Assembly: GCA_000960865.2 (NCBI GenBank)
Contig: JZWU02000014.1
Location: 1 to 34,133, forward strand
DNA length: 34,133 nucleotides
Source of the DNA: Vulcanisaeta sp. AZ3
GTDB taxonomy: Archaea; Thermoproteota; Thermoprotei; Thermoproteales; Thermocladiaceae
Direction of reading: 5' to 3'
Part shown: positions 26,862-34,133 of the stretch, piece by piece
How positions within the stretch are numbered: position 1 is the first letter of the stretch
Layout: every line of letters begins with the position of its first letter
The notes under the pieces: model-generated
Told to the model about the DNA's origin: nothing
The model's database searches: none
The model's input: the letters and a program-made list of their open reading frames with translations, nothing else
Translations under genes and position numbers: made by a program

Positions 26862-26898
26862 TGATTAAGAGAAGAAATTGTTTTAAATTAATAATCGT

Positions 26899-27351
26899 AT
26901 GTTTAAACTCGTGGGTTTTAACCCAAGGGATGTTAAGAGAATGCTCAGGAGGTTAGGCATTACCGATTTAAATCTTGAGGAGATTAATAATGTCACTAAG
27001 GTTATTATTCACCTAGGGGACGGCTCAACCATAGAAATTAATAAACCCATTGTTGCTAAGATGAAGATGCAAGGCCTATCGATATATCAAGTCCAAGCCT
27101 CGGATTCAGATGTAAAGGTAGTTAAGCCACAACCAACTATTCAGCCGAGGACATCAATATTAATACAACCAACGCAACAATCACAAGCCTCGCAAACAGT
27201 TCAACAAACACCTAGTGCCTATGAGCCTAGTGAGGATGATATTAAGTTAGTAATGGAGGAAACTGGTTGTAGTAGAGAGGAGGCTGTTAAGGCCTTGAGA
27301 GAGACTAATGGTGATATTGCCGAGGCAATACTGAGGATACAGAGGAAGTAG
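26899..27351 (+). CDS. nac: Nascent polypeptide-associated complex protein
   Basis: NPRDVKRMLRRLGI, NAC domain, Q-rich linker, UBA-like EDDIKLVMEETGCSREEAVKALRETNGDIAEAI. Confidence 0.95.
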   Translation: MFKLVGFNPRDVKRMLRRLGITDLNLEEINNVTKVIIHLGDGSTIEINKPIVAKMKMQGLSIYQVQASDSDVKVVKPQPTIQPRTSILIQPTQQSQASQTVQQTPSAYEPSEDDIKLVMEETGCSREEAVKALRETNGDIAEAILRIQRK

Positions 27352-27383
27352 TCTTTATATACCCCCGAGGTTTCTGGTTCACG

Positions 27384-27923
27384 ATGCCATTAAGACCAGG
27401 TAGGTGTTATAGGAGATTAAAGAGATCATACGCTAGGACTGAATACATACCTGGCGCACCGTACGTGCAAATACCAAGGTTTGAACTCGGTAATACGAAA
27501 CTAAAGGAAAGAACTAGGTTTGACTATATTGTGGAGTTAATTAGTGAAGAGACTGGGCAAATTAGGGCTAATGCCCTCGAGGCCGCGAGGCAGATGGCGT
27601 ATAAGTACCTATCTAAATACGTGGGTGATCCCAACTTCTACCTCAAGATAACTACCTATCCATTCAATGTGATTAGAGAGAATAAAATGTTAGCCATGGC
27701 TGGTGCCGACCGTCTACAACAAGGTATGAGACTCGCCTTCGGTGTACCCACTGGTAGGGCCGCTAGGGTTATGAAACTTGGAACCGTCGTAATGCACCTA
27801 GAAATTGAGGAGAAGAACCTAAACCATGCCAAGGAGGCCTTTAGGAGGGCTTCATCTAAGCTTCCATTACTAATGAGGATAGTCGTTATCCCAAAGCAAT
27901 CAATGCAGGCTAAGGCTAGTTAG
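27384..27923 (+). CDS. rpl10e: 50S ribosomal protein uL16 (L10e)
   Basis: MPLRPGRCYR, QIRANALEAAR, RENKMLAMAGADRLQQGMRLAFGVP, RASSKLP. Confidence 0.97.
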   Translation: MPLRPGRCYRRLKRSYARTEYIPGAPYVQIPRFELGNTKLKERTRFDYIVELISEETGQIRANALEAARQMAYKYLSKYVGDPNFYLKITTYPFNVIRENKMLAMAGADRLQQGMRLAFGVPTGRAARVMKLGTVVMHLEIEEKNLNHAKEAFRRASSKLPLLMRIVVIPKQSMQAKAS

Positions 27924-28014
27924 TAGTGTGTAGTGTATTTGCTAAGGATTGATTTGGAGCACAAGGGTTATAAACAGGAGTTTTAATGGCTTTCCTGATT
28001 AGGTGAAGTACTGA

Positions 28015-28791
28015 ATGAGTAATGGCTTAGATGCTAGGCAATTGTATAAGAGCCGCATTGAGGCTGCCACGGAGATATGGAGTAAAATAATGAAGAATGA
28101 AGTGAGTAGTAGAAGCCAGCTTGAGGAGTTACTTTACATTATTTATAAGCAAAGGGCTGTTGAGCCCTTTAGGGGTTTAAGTAAGGTTAGGATTTATGAT
28201 AAGGAAATAGCCACCCCCTACATAGTGGGTAAGTATGGCTTAGGAATCATTGATGGAGACTTAGCGAATGCCCTAAAGGGGATCTTTAATGTTGAAATAA
28301 CTTGCGATGAAATCTACGACTTCCTAAGGTCCAGGAACTTTCAGCTAAATAGTGACGATGATATTAATCAATTAAGGAAAATGATTAATAATGAGGTACT
28401 TGGAGTTAAGACAGATGAAAGAGGGTTTAGGTTCCTTAGGTATGTATTCACAGGCACCATAATGAGGTTATTTCCCGAGGAGGACTTCATAGGTTCATAT
28501 AAGGCATTAGCCACAGCATTTCCGAACCTTGCTAATGACTTCCTTAGGTATGTTAAGTTCTATGTAGCCTTCAGGGTTGCTGAAGACATAGCCCTAGGCA
28601 ACATCAAGAGCATTGAGGAGAAGAAGATAATGAAGTACACGCACTGCTTAAGACTCAATTTAACAAAGTGTGTACCACATGATAAGTTGATTAGAGAGAT
28701 AGCACTTAGGGTGTATAAAGTCCCCAGGAGGGTTTTAGATAGGTTATTCCCAAATGAGAGTAAGAGTTCATTCATACCAAAGGCGCAGTAG
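28015..28791 (+). CDS. Conserved crenarchaeal protein (DUF2192-like)
   Basis: VEPFRG...IYDKEIATPYIVGKYGLG and YVAFRVAEDIALG motifs recalled from DUF2192. Confidence 0.7.
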   Translation: MSNGLDARQLYKSRIEAATEIWSKIMKNEVSSRSQLEELLYIIYKQRAVEPFRGLSKVRIYDKEIATPYIVGKYGLGIIDGDLANALKGIFNVEITCDEIYDFLRSRNFQLNSDDDINQLRKMINNEVLGVKTDERGFRFLRYVFTGTIMRLFPEEDFIGSYKALATAFPNLANDFLRYVKFYVAFRVAEDIALGNIKSIEEKKIMKYTHCLRLNLTKCVPHDKLIREIALRVYKVPRRVLDRLFPNESKSSFIPKAQ

Positions 28792-28798
28792 TTAAAAA

Positions 28799-29860
28799 TT
28801 AATTTACCGATCTCTTAGTAATAATGAATATTGAACTCCAAATGCCACCCTGATTAACAACCCTCTCAGTAATTATTTCAAAACCATTCTCCTTACATAA
28901 CCTCCTAACCAGCGACTTCCTAATAGTGATTAGGGCGAAACTTGATCCTTCATTAAGTATATGTCTTAGTGCATCGAATAATGATTTGTATAAATTCGTA
29001 ACACCCTCCATAGGCTCAACCCTAATCCCAAATGGAGGGTTAAAAACCGCATAATCGCACGCATAATCTTTAATCGAGGGTCTTGTGGAGTCCATGACTA
29101 CGAAGTCAACCTCAGAATCCACACCAGCCTCCCTAGAATTCAACATAGCCCCCTTAACATACCCATAATCAATATCTGCACAGAGGAAGGCTAGGCCACG
29201 CCTCAATAATGAACCCTCAATTACTATTGTCCCACTACCGCATGTTATGTCGCAAACCCTCGTGAATTGCTTAGGATTTAGAATCCTAATCATTGCATTT
29301 GCCAATATTGGGTTTATTGAGGCGGGATGATTAAAGACTCTATATGGCCTATTCTTAAGGGGCTTACGGGTTATTGAGAGACCGAGAATGCATGTATCAT
29401 TATCAATAATAAGCCTCAATAATAGGTCTGGATTATCGAGATTAAAGACAGGCCGTAACCCCCTAGACCCTAGGAACTCTGTCAATCTCTCGCCAAGCAT
29501 AGCCGCAGCCTCAGGGCTTCTGAAGCTATGGTTACCCGACCTATCCACATCAATGCCTAGTGTGGTGTTTGGTGTGTAGTAATTAAGGAGTCCATCTAGG
29601 TTCAACTCCCAAATGCATTTTCTCAAGCTATTTAGATCCTCACTAACCATGCCCTCACTTAACACGAGGATTACATGCTCCACAGTGCTTAGGTTCTTAA
29701 GTTCATTGTTAGTTACATGGTTTACATTAATCAATACCTTACCTGTGACGTTGGATTTACCAAAGATTTCAGCATTAACTACTCTATTGCCGAACCTCTC
29801 CCTAACCTCACTTATTACTAAATCCTCAATACCTGGTACAGTCGTTAGTAACAAGAGCAT
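28799..29860 (-). CDS. THUMP-domain RNA methyltransferase (Trm14/TrmN-like)
   Basis: TTVPGIED, THUMP region, RPYRVFNHPASINP, DITCGSGTI (SAM binding), NPPFG. Confidence 0.85.
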   Translation of the reverse strand: MLLLLTTVPGIEDLVISEVRERFGNRVVNAEIFGKSNVTGKVLINVNHVTNNELKNLSTVEHVILVLSEGMVSEDLNSLRKCIWELNLDGLLNYYTPNTTLGIDVDRSGNHSFRSPEAAAMLGERLTEFLGSRGLRPVFNLDNPDLLLRLIIDNDTCILGLSITRKPLKNRPYRVFNHPASINPILANAMIRILNPKQFTRVCDITCGSGTIVIEGSLLRRGLAFLCADIDYGYVKGAMLNSREAGVDSEVDFVVMDSTRPSIKDYACDYAVFNPPFGIRVEPMEGVTNLYKSLFDALRHILNEGSSFALITIRKSLVRRLCKENGFEIITERVVNQGGIWSSIFIITKRSVN

Positions 29861-29895
29861 CTCGAGCTAATCCTTGGTTACATGAAATAAGTTTT

Positions 29896-30954
29896 TCATA
29901 TTATGTGAGTTATGGGGATGTGTATGTTGATTAGTCGCATCGTTAGTAATAACTGTAGGATACCAGAAATCATCAATGCTATAATGATTGGTGCGGGTAA
30001 TGCGAATAGGAATAACTTAACCGCTACGCTGAAATACTTAACCAAGTGATACCTAGTGTAGTATTCAAGCCTCGGCTTTGTCTTCATTAGTAATTGGTAC
30101 ATAGTCATTACGGCCATTATTGATGACTCTATCGAGATAAAATTACCCATTAATGAGTTGATAGGGGATAAGGCTGTGAATACTGCATATCCAATAATAG
30201 ATCCTACGAGTAGTGCCACTATGTACTTAAATATTGAGTAATTACTAAGCTTAAGCACAAGAAGCGCATATTTAACGAACTCCCTAAGATTAAGCTTACT
30301 CACACCATAAACCCTACTCCTAAATATGTAAGGTACCTCTACAATCCTAAAGAGGTCACCATACCTATTATGAGCCGCAGTGATTAATTCAAGGAGTAAC
30401 TTATACCCAGACGAATCACTTAATGAATCAACAATCTCTCTAAGCTTATCGCCATTAACCGCAAAGAAGCCACTTATAGGATCCCTAATGTTGTGAATCC
30501 AGGGTATTAGGAACCTAGCCATGTAGATTGCACCCTTACTAACAATAAATCTACCAAGAGACCAATTAGTAACGCCACCACCTCTCACGTACCTACTAGC
30601 AATGGCTAGATCAGAACCTCCAAGAACTGCACTAACAAGGTTGGGCAAAGTCTCAGGCGGATGTTGTAGGTCGGCATCCATAACAACTACAACCTTTGTA
30701 TTCTTATCTAAACAGACCCTCATGCCAGTCTTTATCGCACTACCCAACCCAAGTTTCCTACCCCTCTCTATGAGGAGTGCTTTACCAGTGGTTATGGCGA
30801 AATTATTAACCACATCCTGTGTCCCATCTGTACTACCATCATCGACAACCACGGCTAACCAATCATAACTGCTCAGCACATTATTTAACTTAGGTAGTAG
30901 GATCTCTAGGTTCTTAGCTTCATTAATTGTGGGCAGTACAACACATACGTCCAC
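29896..30954 (-). CDS. GT2 glycosyltransferase, dolichol-phosphate mannose synthase-like, with C-terminal TM domain
   Basis: VLPTINE, VVDDGSTDGT, MDADLQHPP, ASRY, DPISGF, GVSKL, hydrophobic C-terminus. Confidence 0.9.
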   Translation of the reverse strand: MDVCVVLPTINEAKNLEILLPKLNNVLSSYDWLAVVVDDGSTDGTQDVVNNFAITTGKALLIERGRKLGLGSAIKTGMRVCLDKNTKVVVVMDADLQHPPETLPNLVSAVLGGSDLAIASRYVRGGGVTNWSLGRFIVSKGAIYMARFLIPWIHNIRDPISGFFAVNGDKLREIVDSLSDSSGYKLLLELITAAHNRYGDLFRIVEVPYIFRSRVYGVSKLNLREFVKYALLVLKLSNYSIFKYIVALLVGSIIGYAVFTALSPINSLMGNFISIESSIMAVMTMYQLLMKTKPRLEYYTRYHLVKYFSVAVKLFLFALPAPIIIALMISGILQLLLTMRLINIHIPITHII

Positions 30955-30962
30955 AATGCAGT

Positions 30963-30974
30963 GGTAATATTACC
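30963..30974. promoter_or_regulatory. Perfect 12-bp palindrome GGTAATATTACC between TATA-like box and GT2 start
   Basis: Read directly; minus-strand TTATTTAT at 30976-30983, GTG start at 30954. Confidence 0.4.
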
Positions 30975-31067
30975 CATAAATAAGCATTGCTCGTGGGGCT
31001 TCACGGTATGAATTTCAGTAGATTATATATGAAGTAGACTTAATAGGTTATGTTAATTGCTAATTTG

Positions 31068-32027
31068 ATGCGCGTACTTGCGGCAGTCCTTAGGGAGTTT
31101 AATAAGCCCTTTAGCATTGAGGAGTTCGATATTGGCGAACCTGGACCTAACGAGACCGTGGTTAGAGTTAAGGCAGCTGGTATTTGCGGTCGTGACTTAG
31201 TAATATGGAGAGGTGGATTTAGGAATTTAAAACCACCATTGGTGCTTGGTCATGAGATCTTTGGTGAGGTTAACGGTAGGGCTGTGGGTGTCTTTGGTGC
31301 GATCACTGATGGTACTTGTCAATACTGTAGGGCTGGTAAGGAGAACCTATGCGAGAATCTTCAGTTCTTTGGTGAGGGCAAACCTGGCGGTTATGCAGAG
31401 GCTGTAATAGCGCCTATGAATAATATCTTTGAATTGCCCGATAATGACTATGCCAAGTACGCAGCTACCATATGCCCATTAGCCACTGCCATACACGCTA
31501 GTAGGCTGGGTAATGTTGAGCCTGGCACCAAGGTCTTGGTCACAGGCGCTGGTGGGGGTGTTGGCATACATGCAATACAATATTTGAAGTATTTAGGCGC
31601 CTATGTAATCTCAGTAACATCACCCGCCAAGGCTGATTTCGTGAGTAGGTACTCAGACGAGGTTATTACCGAGAGGGAGTTCTCGAGGAGGGTTAGGAAT
31701 GTTGATGTTGTCCTTGAGATCGTCGGTGCTGCCACCATTAATGAGAGCCTCAGGGCTCTTAAGCGTGAGGGTATTTTAGTGCTTATTGGTAATACTGAAG
31801 GTGAGGAAGTTCGACTTGTTAGGCCTGCTCTTACGGTTATGAGGGAGCATAGGATAGTGGGTTCCGCGGCATATAATAAGGCTGAGGTTCTTAAGGCAGT
31901 TGAATTGGTGCATAAAGGTGTTGTGAGGCCTGTTTATAGGGTCTACGACTTTAAGGATGTGAATAAAGCCTATGAAGACTTGGTTAGTCAAAGGGTTTTG
32001 GGTAGGGCCGTGTTGATGTTTAGGTAA
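31068..32027 (+). CDS. Zn-dependent medium-chain dehydrogenase/reductase (acryloyl-CoA reductase-like subfamily)
   Basis: GICGRD, LGHE, structural-Zn DGTCQYC...ENLC, TGAGGGVGIHAIQ. Confidence 0.85.
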   Translation: MRVLAAVLREFNKPFSIEEFDIGEPGPNETVVRVKAAGICGRDLVIWRGGFRNLKPPLVLGHEIFGEVNGRAVGVFGAITDGTCQYCRAGKENLCENLQFFGEGKPGGYAEAVIAPMNNIFELPDNDYAKYAATICPLATAIHASRLGNVEPGTKVLVTGAGGGVGIHAIQYLKYLGAYVISVTSPAKADFVSRYSDEVITEREFSRRVRNVDVVLEIVGAATINESLRALKREGILVLIGNTEGEEVRLVRPALTVMREHRIVGSAAYNKAEVLKAVELVHKGVVRPVYRVYDFKDVNKAYEDLVSQRVLGRAVLMFR

Positions 32028-32057
32028 TTCTTAAAGCCCTAACTATACTTTTCTCTT

Positions 32058-32882
32058 GTGGTTCTTAGGCGTTCTCAATTATTTGTCCCAGGTAATAATG
32101 AGCATATGATTAGGAAGGCGGCCCTTGAACTAAAGCCTGACACTGTTATTATTGACCTAGAGGATGCAGTGCCAATCGATAAGAAGGAGGATGCTCGTAA
32201 GTTAATTAAGGAATTAATACCACAACTTAATTGGGGCAGTAAGGAACTCTGCGTTAGGGTTAATGCACCACAAACCCCCTTTTTCTATGCAGATATTGAT
32301 ACCGTACTTAAGATAGACCTTATTAAATGCATTGTAATTCCAAAGGCCGAGTTCGACCTAGGCTTTGTATATAAAGCAACCGGCAGAGAGATAGAACCTC
32401 TCATAGAAACAGCAAGGGGGCTCCTCCACGTGGAGGATATTATTAGGAGTGAAGGAGTTACCGCTGTTTCCTATGGAGTTGCTGACTTCGCGCTTTCAGT
32501 TGGTGGATCTCTACAGGCATATGAACCTAACCAGGTCTTAAAAACTCTAGTGGTCTCTGCGGCTAGGACCTATGGTATTGATCCTATCGATCGCGTTTAC
32601 TTCAATATCAAGGACCTAGATGGATTTAGGAAGGATTGCATTGAGGCTAAGCAATTAGGCTTCGTTGGTAAGCAAGTAATACACCCAAACCAAGTACTAA
32701 TCGCCAATGAGGTATTCTCACCCAGTAAGGAGGAGATTGAATGGGCTAAAAAGGTTGTTGAGGCTTATGAAAGTGCCTCTAAGGAGGGCCGCGGTGCCAT
32801 CAGCCTCGAAGGCCAATTAGTAGATCATGTACATTACAAGCTTGCCAAGAGGATCCTAGACTTCATTAATCAAACTAGCTAA
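32058..32882 (+). CDS. CitE/HpcH-family CoA-ester lyase (citryl-/malyl-CoA lyase-like)
   Basis: RRSQLFVPG, IDLEDAV, VRVN, IPK, LIETARG, GVADF, GKQVIHPNQ. Confidence 0.92.
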   Translation: MVLRRSQLFVPGNNEHMIRKAALELKPDTVIIDLEDAVPIDKKEDARKLIKELIPQLNWGSKELCVRVNAPQTPFFYADIDTVLKIDLIKCIVIPKAEFDLGFVYKATGREIEPLIETARGLLHVEDIIRSEGVTAVSYGVADFALSVGGSLQAYEPNQVLKTLVVSAARTYGIDPIDRVYFNIKDLDGFRKDCIEAKQLGFVGKQVIHPNQVLIANEVFSPSKEEIEWAKKVVEAYESASKEGRGAISLEGQLVDHVHYKLAKRILDFINQTS

Positions 32883-33178
32883 TCCCTGTTTAAGGAATCA
32901 TTATTCCCCTTGCCTTCAATCTCGAGGAATAGACGTTCTATTGCCATAACCCTTACGTCGTTCTCAACTAATCTTATTATTCGTATTCTGCCAAACCTCT
33001 TCTCCTCAACAATACCCAGGTTCTTTAAGGCATTTATGTGTTGTTCAATTATTCTATGATTAAGCCCCAGATCCTTAGTTAACTTTGTGATATTAATTTC
33101 CTTATACTGTATTAACTTTCTCACAACCCTAACCCTAATTCTCGACGAAAACACCTCCTCTAGGAAATTAGTACTCAT
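32879..33178 (-). CDS. Small winged-helix (ArsR-like) DNA-binding protein
   Basis: FSSRIRVRVV...INITKLTKDLGLNHRIIEQHINALKNLGIVEEKRFGRIR; ATGA overlap with the cdc6 stop. Confidence 0.8.
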   Translation of the reverse strand: MSTNFLEEVFSSRIRVRVVRKLIQYKEINITKLTKDLGLNHRIIEQHINALKNLGIVEEKRFGRIRIIRLVENDVRVMAIERLFLEIEGKGNNDSLNRD

Positions 33179-34133
33179 ACCCCCAACTCACCCTTCAAAA
33201 TCCTATCCAACTCTTCCTCAAGCGTCTTTAGGGGTTCTGATGGTATTGAAATTAGAGTCGTCCTACCCCTCATCCCCTTACTTGATGTCCTAGTCTCAAC
33301 AAAACCCTTAAGATTAAGATCCTTAAGATACTCCCACAACTGCGTATGTTTCCTAGGCTCCTGACCATACTGCTCACAAATCATTTGATACTCACTCTCA
33401 GCAACGCCGAAGTGTATGTAGGGAGAGTTCGGGTTCTTCATTAGACTCCTGACTATCGCCAATAGGAATATCTTCTCATGCAATGGTAGCATCCTCAATT
33501 CATCACTACGTATACCCCTAAGCGTATTCTTAATCGACTCCCTAACATGTTCGGGCAACACTCTATCCGAACCCTTCATCTCAGCCAACTTAGCCGACCT
33601 CCAGAGTATATCAATTGCATATCTAGCATCACCCCTATGCTCATCAGTACGCCCCTCCTCAGTACCAGCCACATCAGCTATCATCTCAATCATCTCCTCA
33701 TCATAAGACCCATCAACTAACGCCTCCTGAGCTCTAGCCAGTAGTATTTCGAATATTTGATCCTTTGTGTAAGGCTCAAACCTAATCACAGTATTACCGA
33801 GGGAACTTTGAGAACTTTTATCTAGTTGATCCATGAATGTTAAGTCTTGACTAATTAGTATCAAGCCAAACCTATACTTATCACCCTTACTTACATACTC
33901 CTCACCAAGCCTTATGAGACTACCTAACGCATGAGGCCCACTATTATTCACTAAGTGAAATACATCATCCAGAGCCACCACAGCATATATATCCTTATCC
34001 CTAACCATGTCAAGGAGAATACTAAGCATCTCCTCAGTCGAAAACCCCCTCTTCGGCACAGCTATGTTTAATTGCACACCTATATCCTTCAACACCGAGA
34101 TCAACGTTCTATTTAGGAAACATGACACATGCA
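33175..34133 (-). CDS. cdc6: Cdc6/Orc1 replication initiator (5' end outside window)
   Basis: HVSCFLNRT, PKRGFS, Walker B VALDD, FEPYT..QIFEILLAR, sensor-2 GDARYAIDIL, C-terminal wH with GMRGRT; frame open to the window edge. Confidence 0.95.
   Translation of the reverse strand, partial: HVSCFLNRTLISVLKDIGVQLNIAVPKRGFSTEEMLSILLDMVRDKDIYAVVALDDVFHLVNNSGPHALGSLIRLGEEYVSKGDKYRFGLILISQDLTFMDQLDKSSQSSLGNTVIRFEPYTKDQIFEILLARAQEALVDGSYDEEMIEMIADVAGTEEGRTDEHRGDARYAIDILWRSAKLAEMKGSDRVLPEHVRESIKNTLRGIRSDELRMLPLHEKIFLLAIVRSLMKNPNSPYIHFGVAESEYQMICEQYGQEPRKHTQLWEYLKDLNLKGFVETRTSSKGMRGRTTLISIPSEPLKTLEEELDRILKGELGV

Noticed and set aside
27121-27220. Q/T/P-rich low-complexity stretch in nac
   Set aside because: Ordinary flexible linker between NAC and UBA domains; no tandem DNA repeat.
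27924-28014. Possible C/D-box sRNA (CTGA motifs at about 27995 and 28011)
   Set aside because: No convincing RUGAUGA C box; region is explained as the promoter of the next gene.
33960-33990. Cdc6 Walker B reads LDD rather than LDE
   Set aside because: LDD is known in crenarchaeal Orc1-1/Cdc6 proteins, so it is not evidence of inactivation.
1-34133. tRNA, rRNA, CRISPR array, IS element or replication origin
   Set aside because: No GC-rich structured segment, spaced repeat array, transposase or ORB-like repeat seen; intergenic gaps are all short and the cdc6 upstream region is outside the window.

Overview
Archaeal chromosomal window. Gene content, short intergenic regions with TATA boxes about 25-33 bp before start codons, and the divergent uL11 and Cdc6 forms point to Thermoproteales (Vulcanisaeta/Caldivirga-like; inference). 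Left part (1-13.8 kb) is metabolic: a DUF2070-like membrane protein, then a coenzyme-B12 methylmalonyl-CoA mutase cluster (apparent MeaB-epimerase fusion, split mutase subunits, very divergent PduO-like adenosyltransferase). It continues with a tungsten-type aldehyde:ferredoxin oxidoreductase, a BtuFCD/FecBCD-type ABC transporter with two apparent single-base homopolymer frameshifts, gamma-glutamyltransferase, an orphan HExxH protein and a CoA-disulfide reductase. The middle and right parts are core information-processing genes: tfe, hflX, mbf1, eL20/LX, pfdA, ftsY, secE, spt5, uL11, uL1, uL10, alaS, nac, uL16, a THUMP methyltransferase and partial cdc6/orc1. These are interrupted by a pilin-like gene, an MBL hydrolase, a retropepsin-like protein lacking the catalytic Asp, an apparently circularly permuted DsbA-like protein, a GT2, a Zn-dependent dehydrogenase and a CitE-family lyase. 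No tRNA, rRNA, CRISPR array or transposase was recognised. Most notable: the permuted DsbA-like protein, the MeaB-epimerase fusion with the complete B12 module around it, the degenerate PduO, and a SecE with an extra C-terminal helix.
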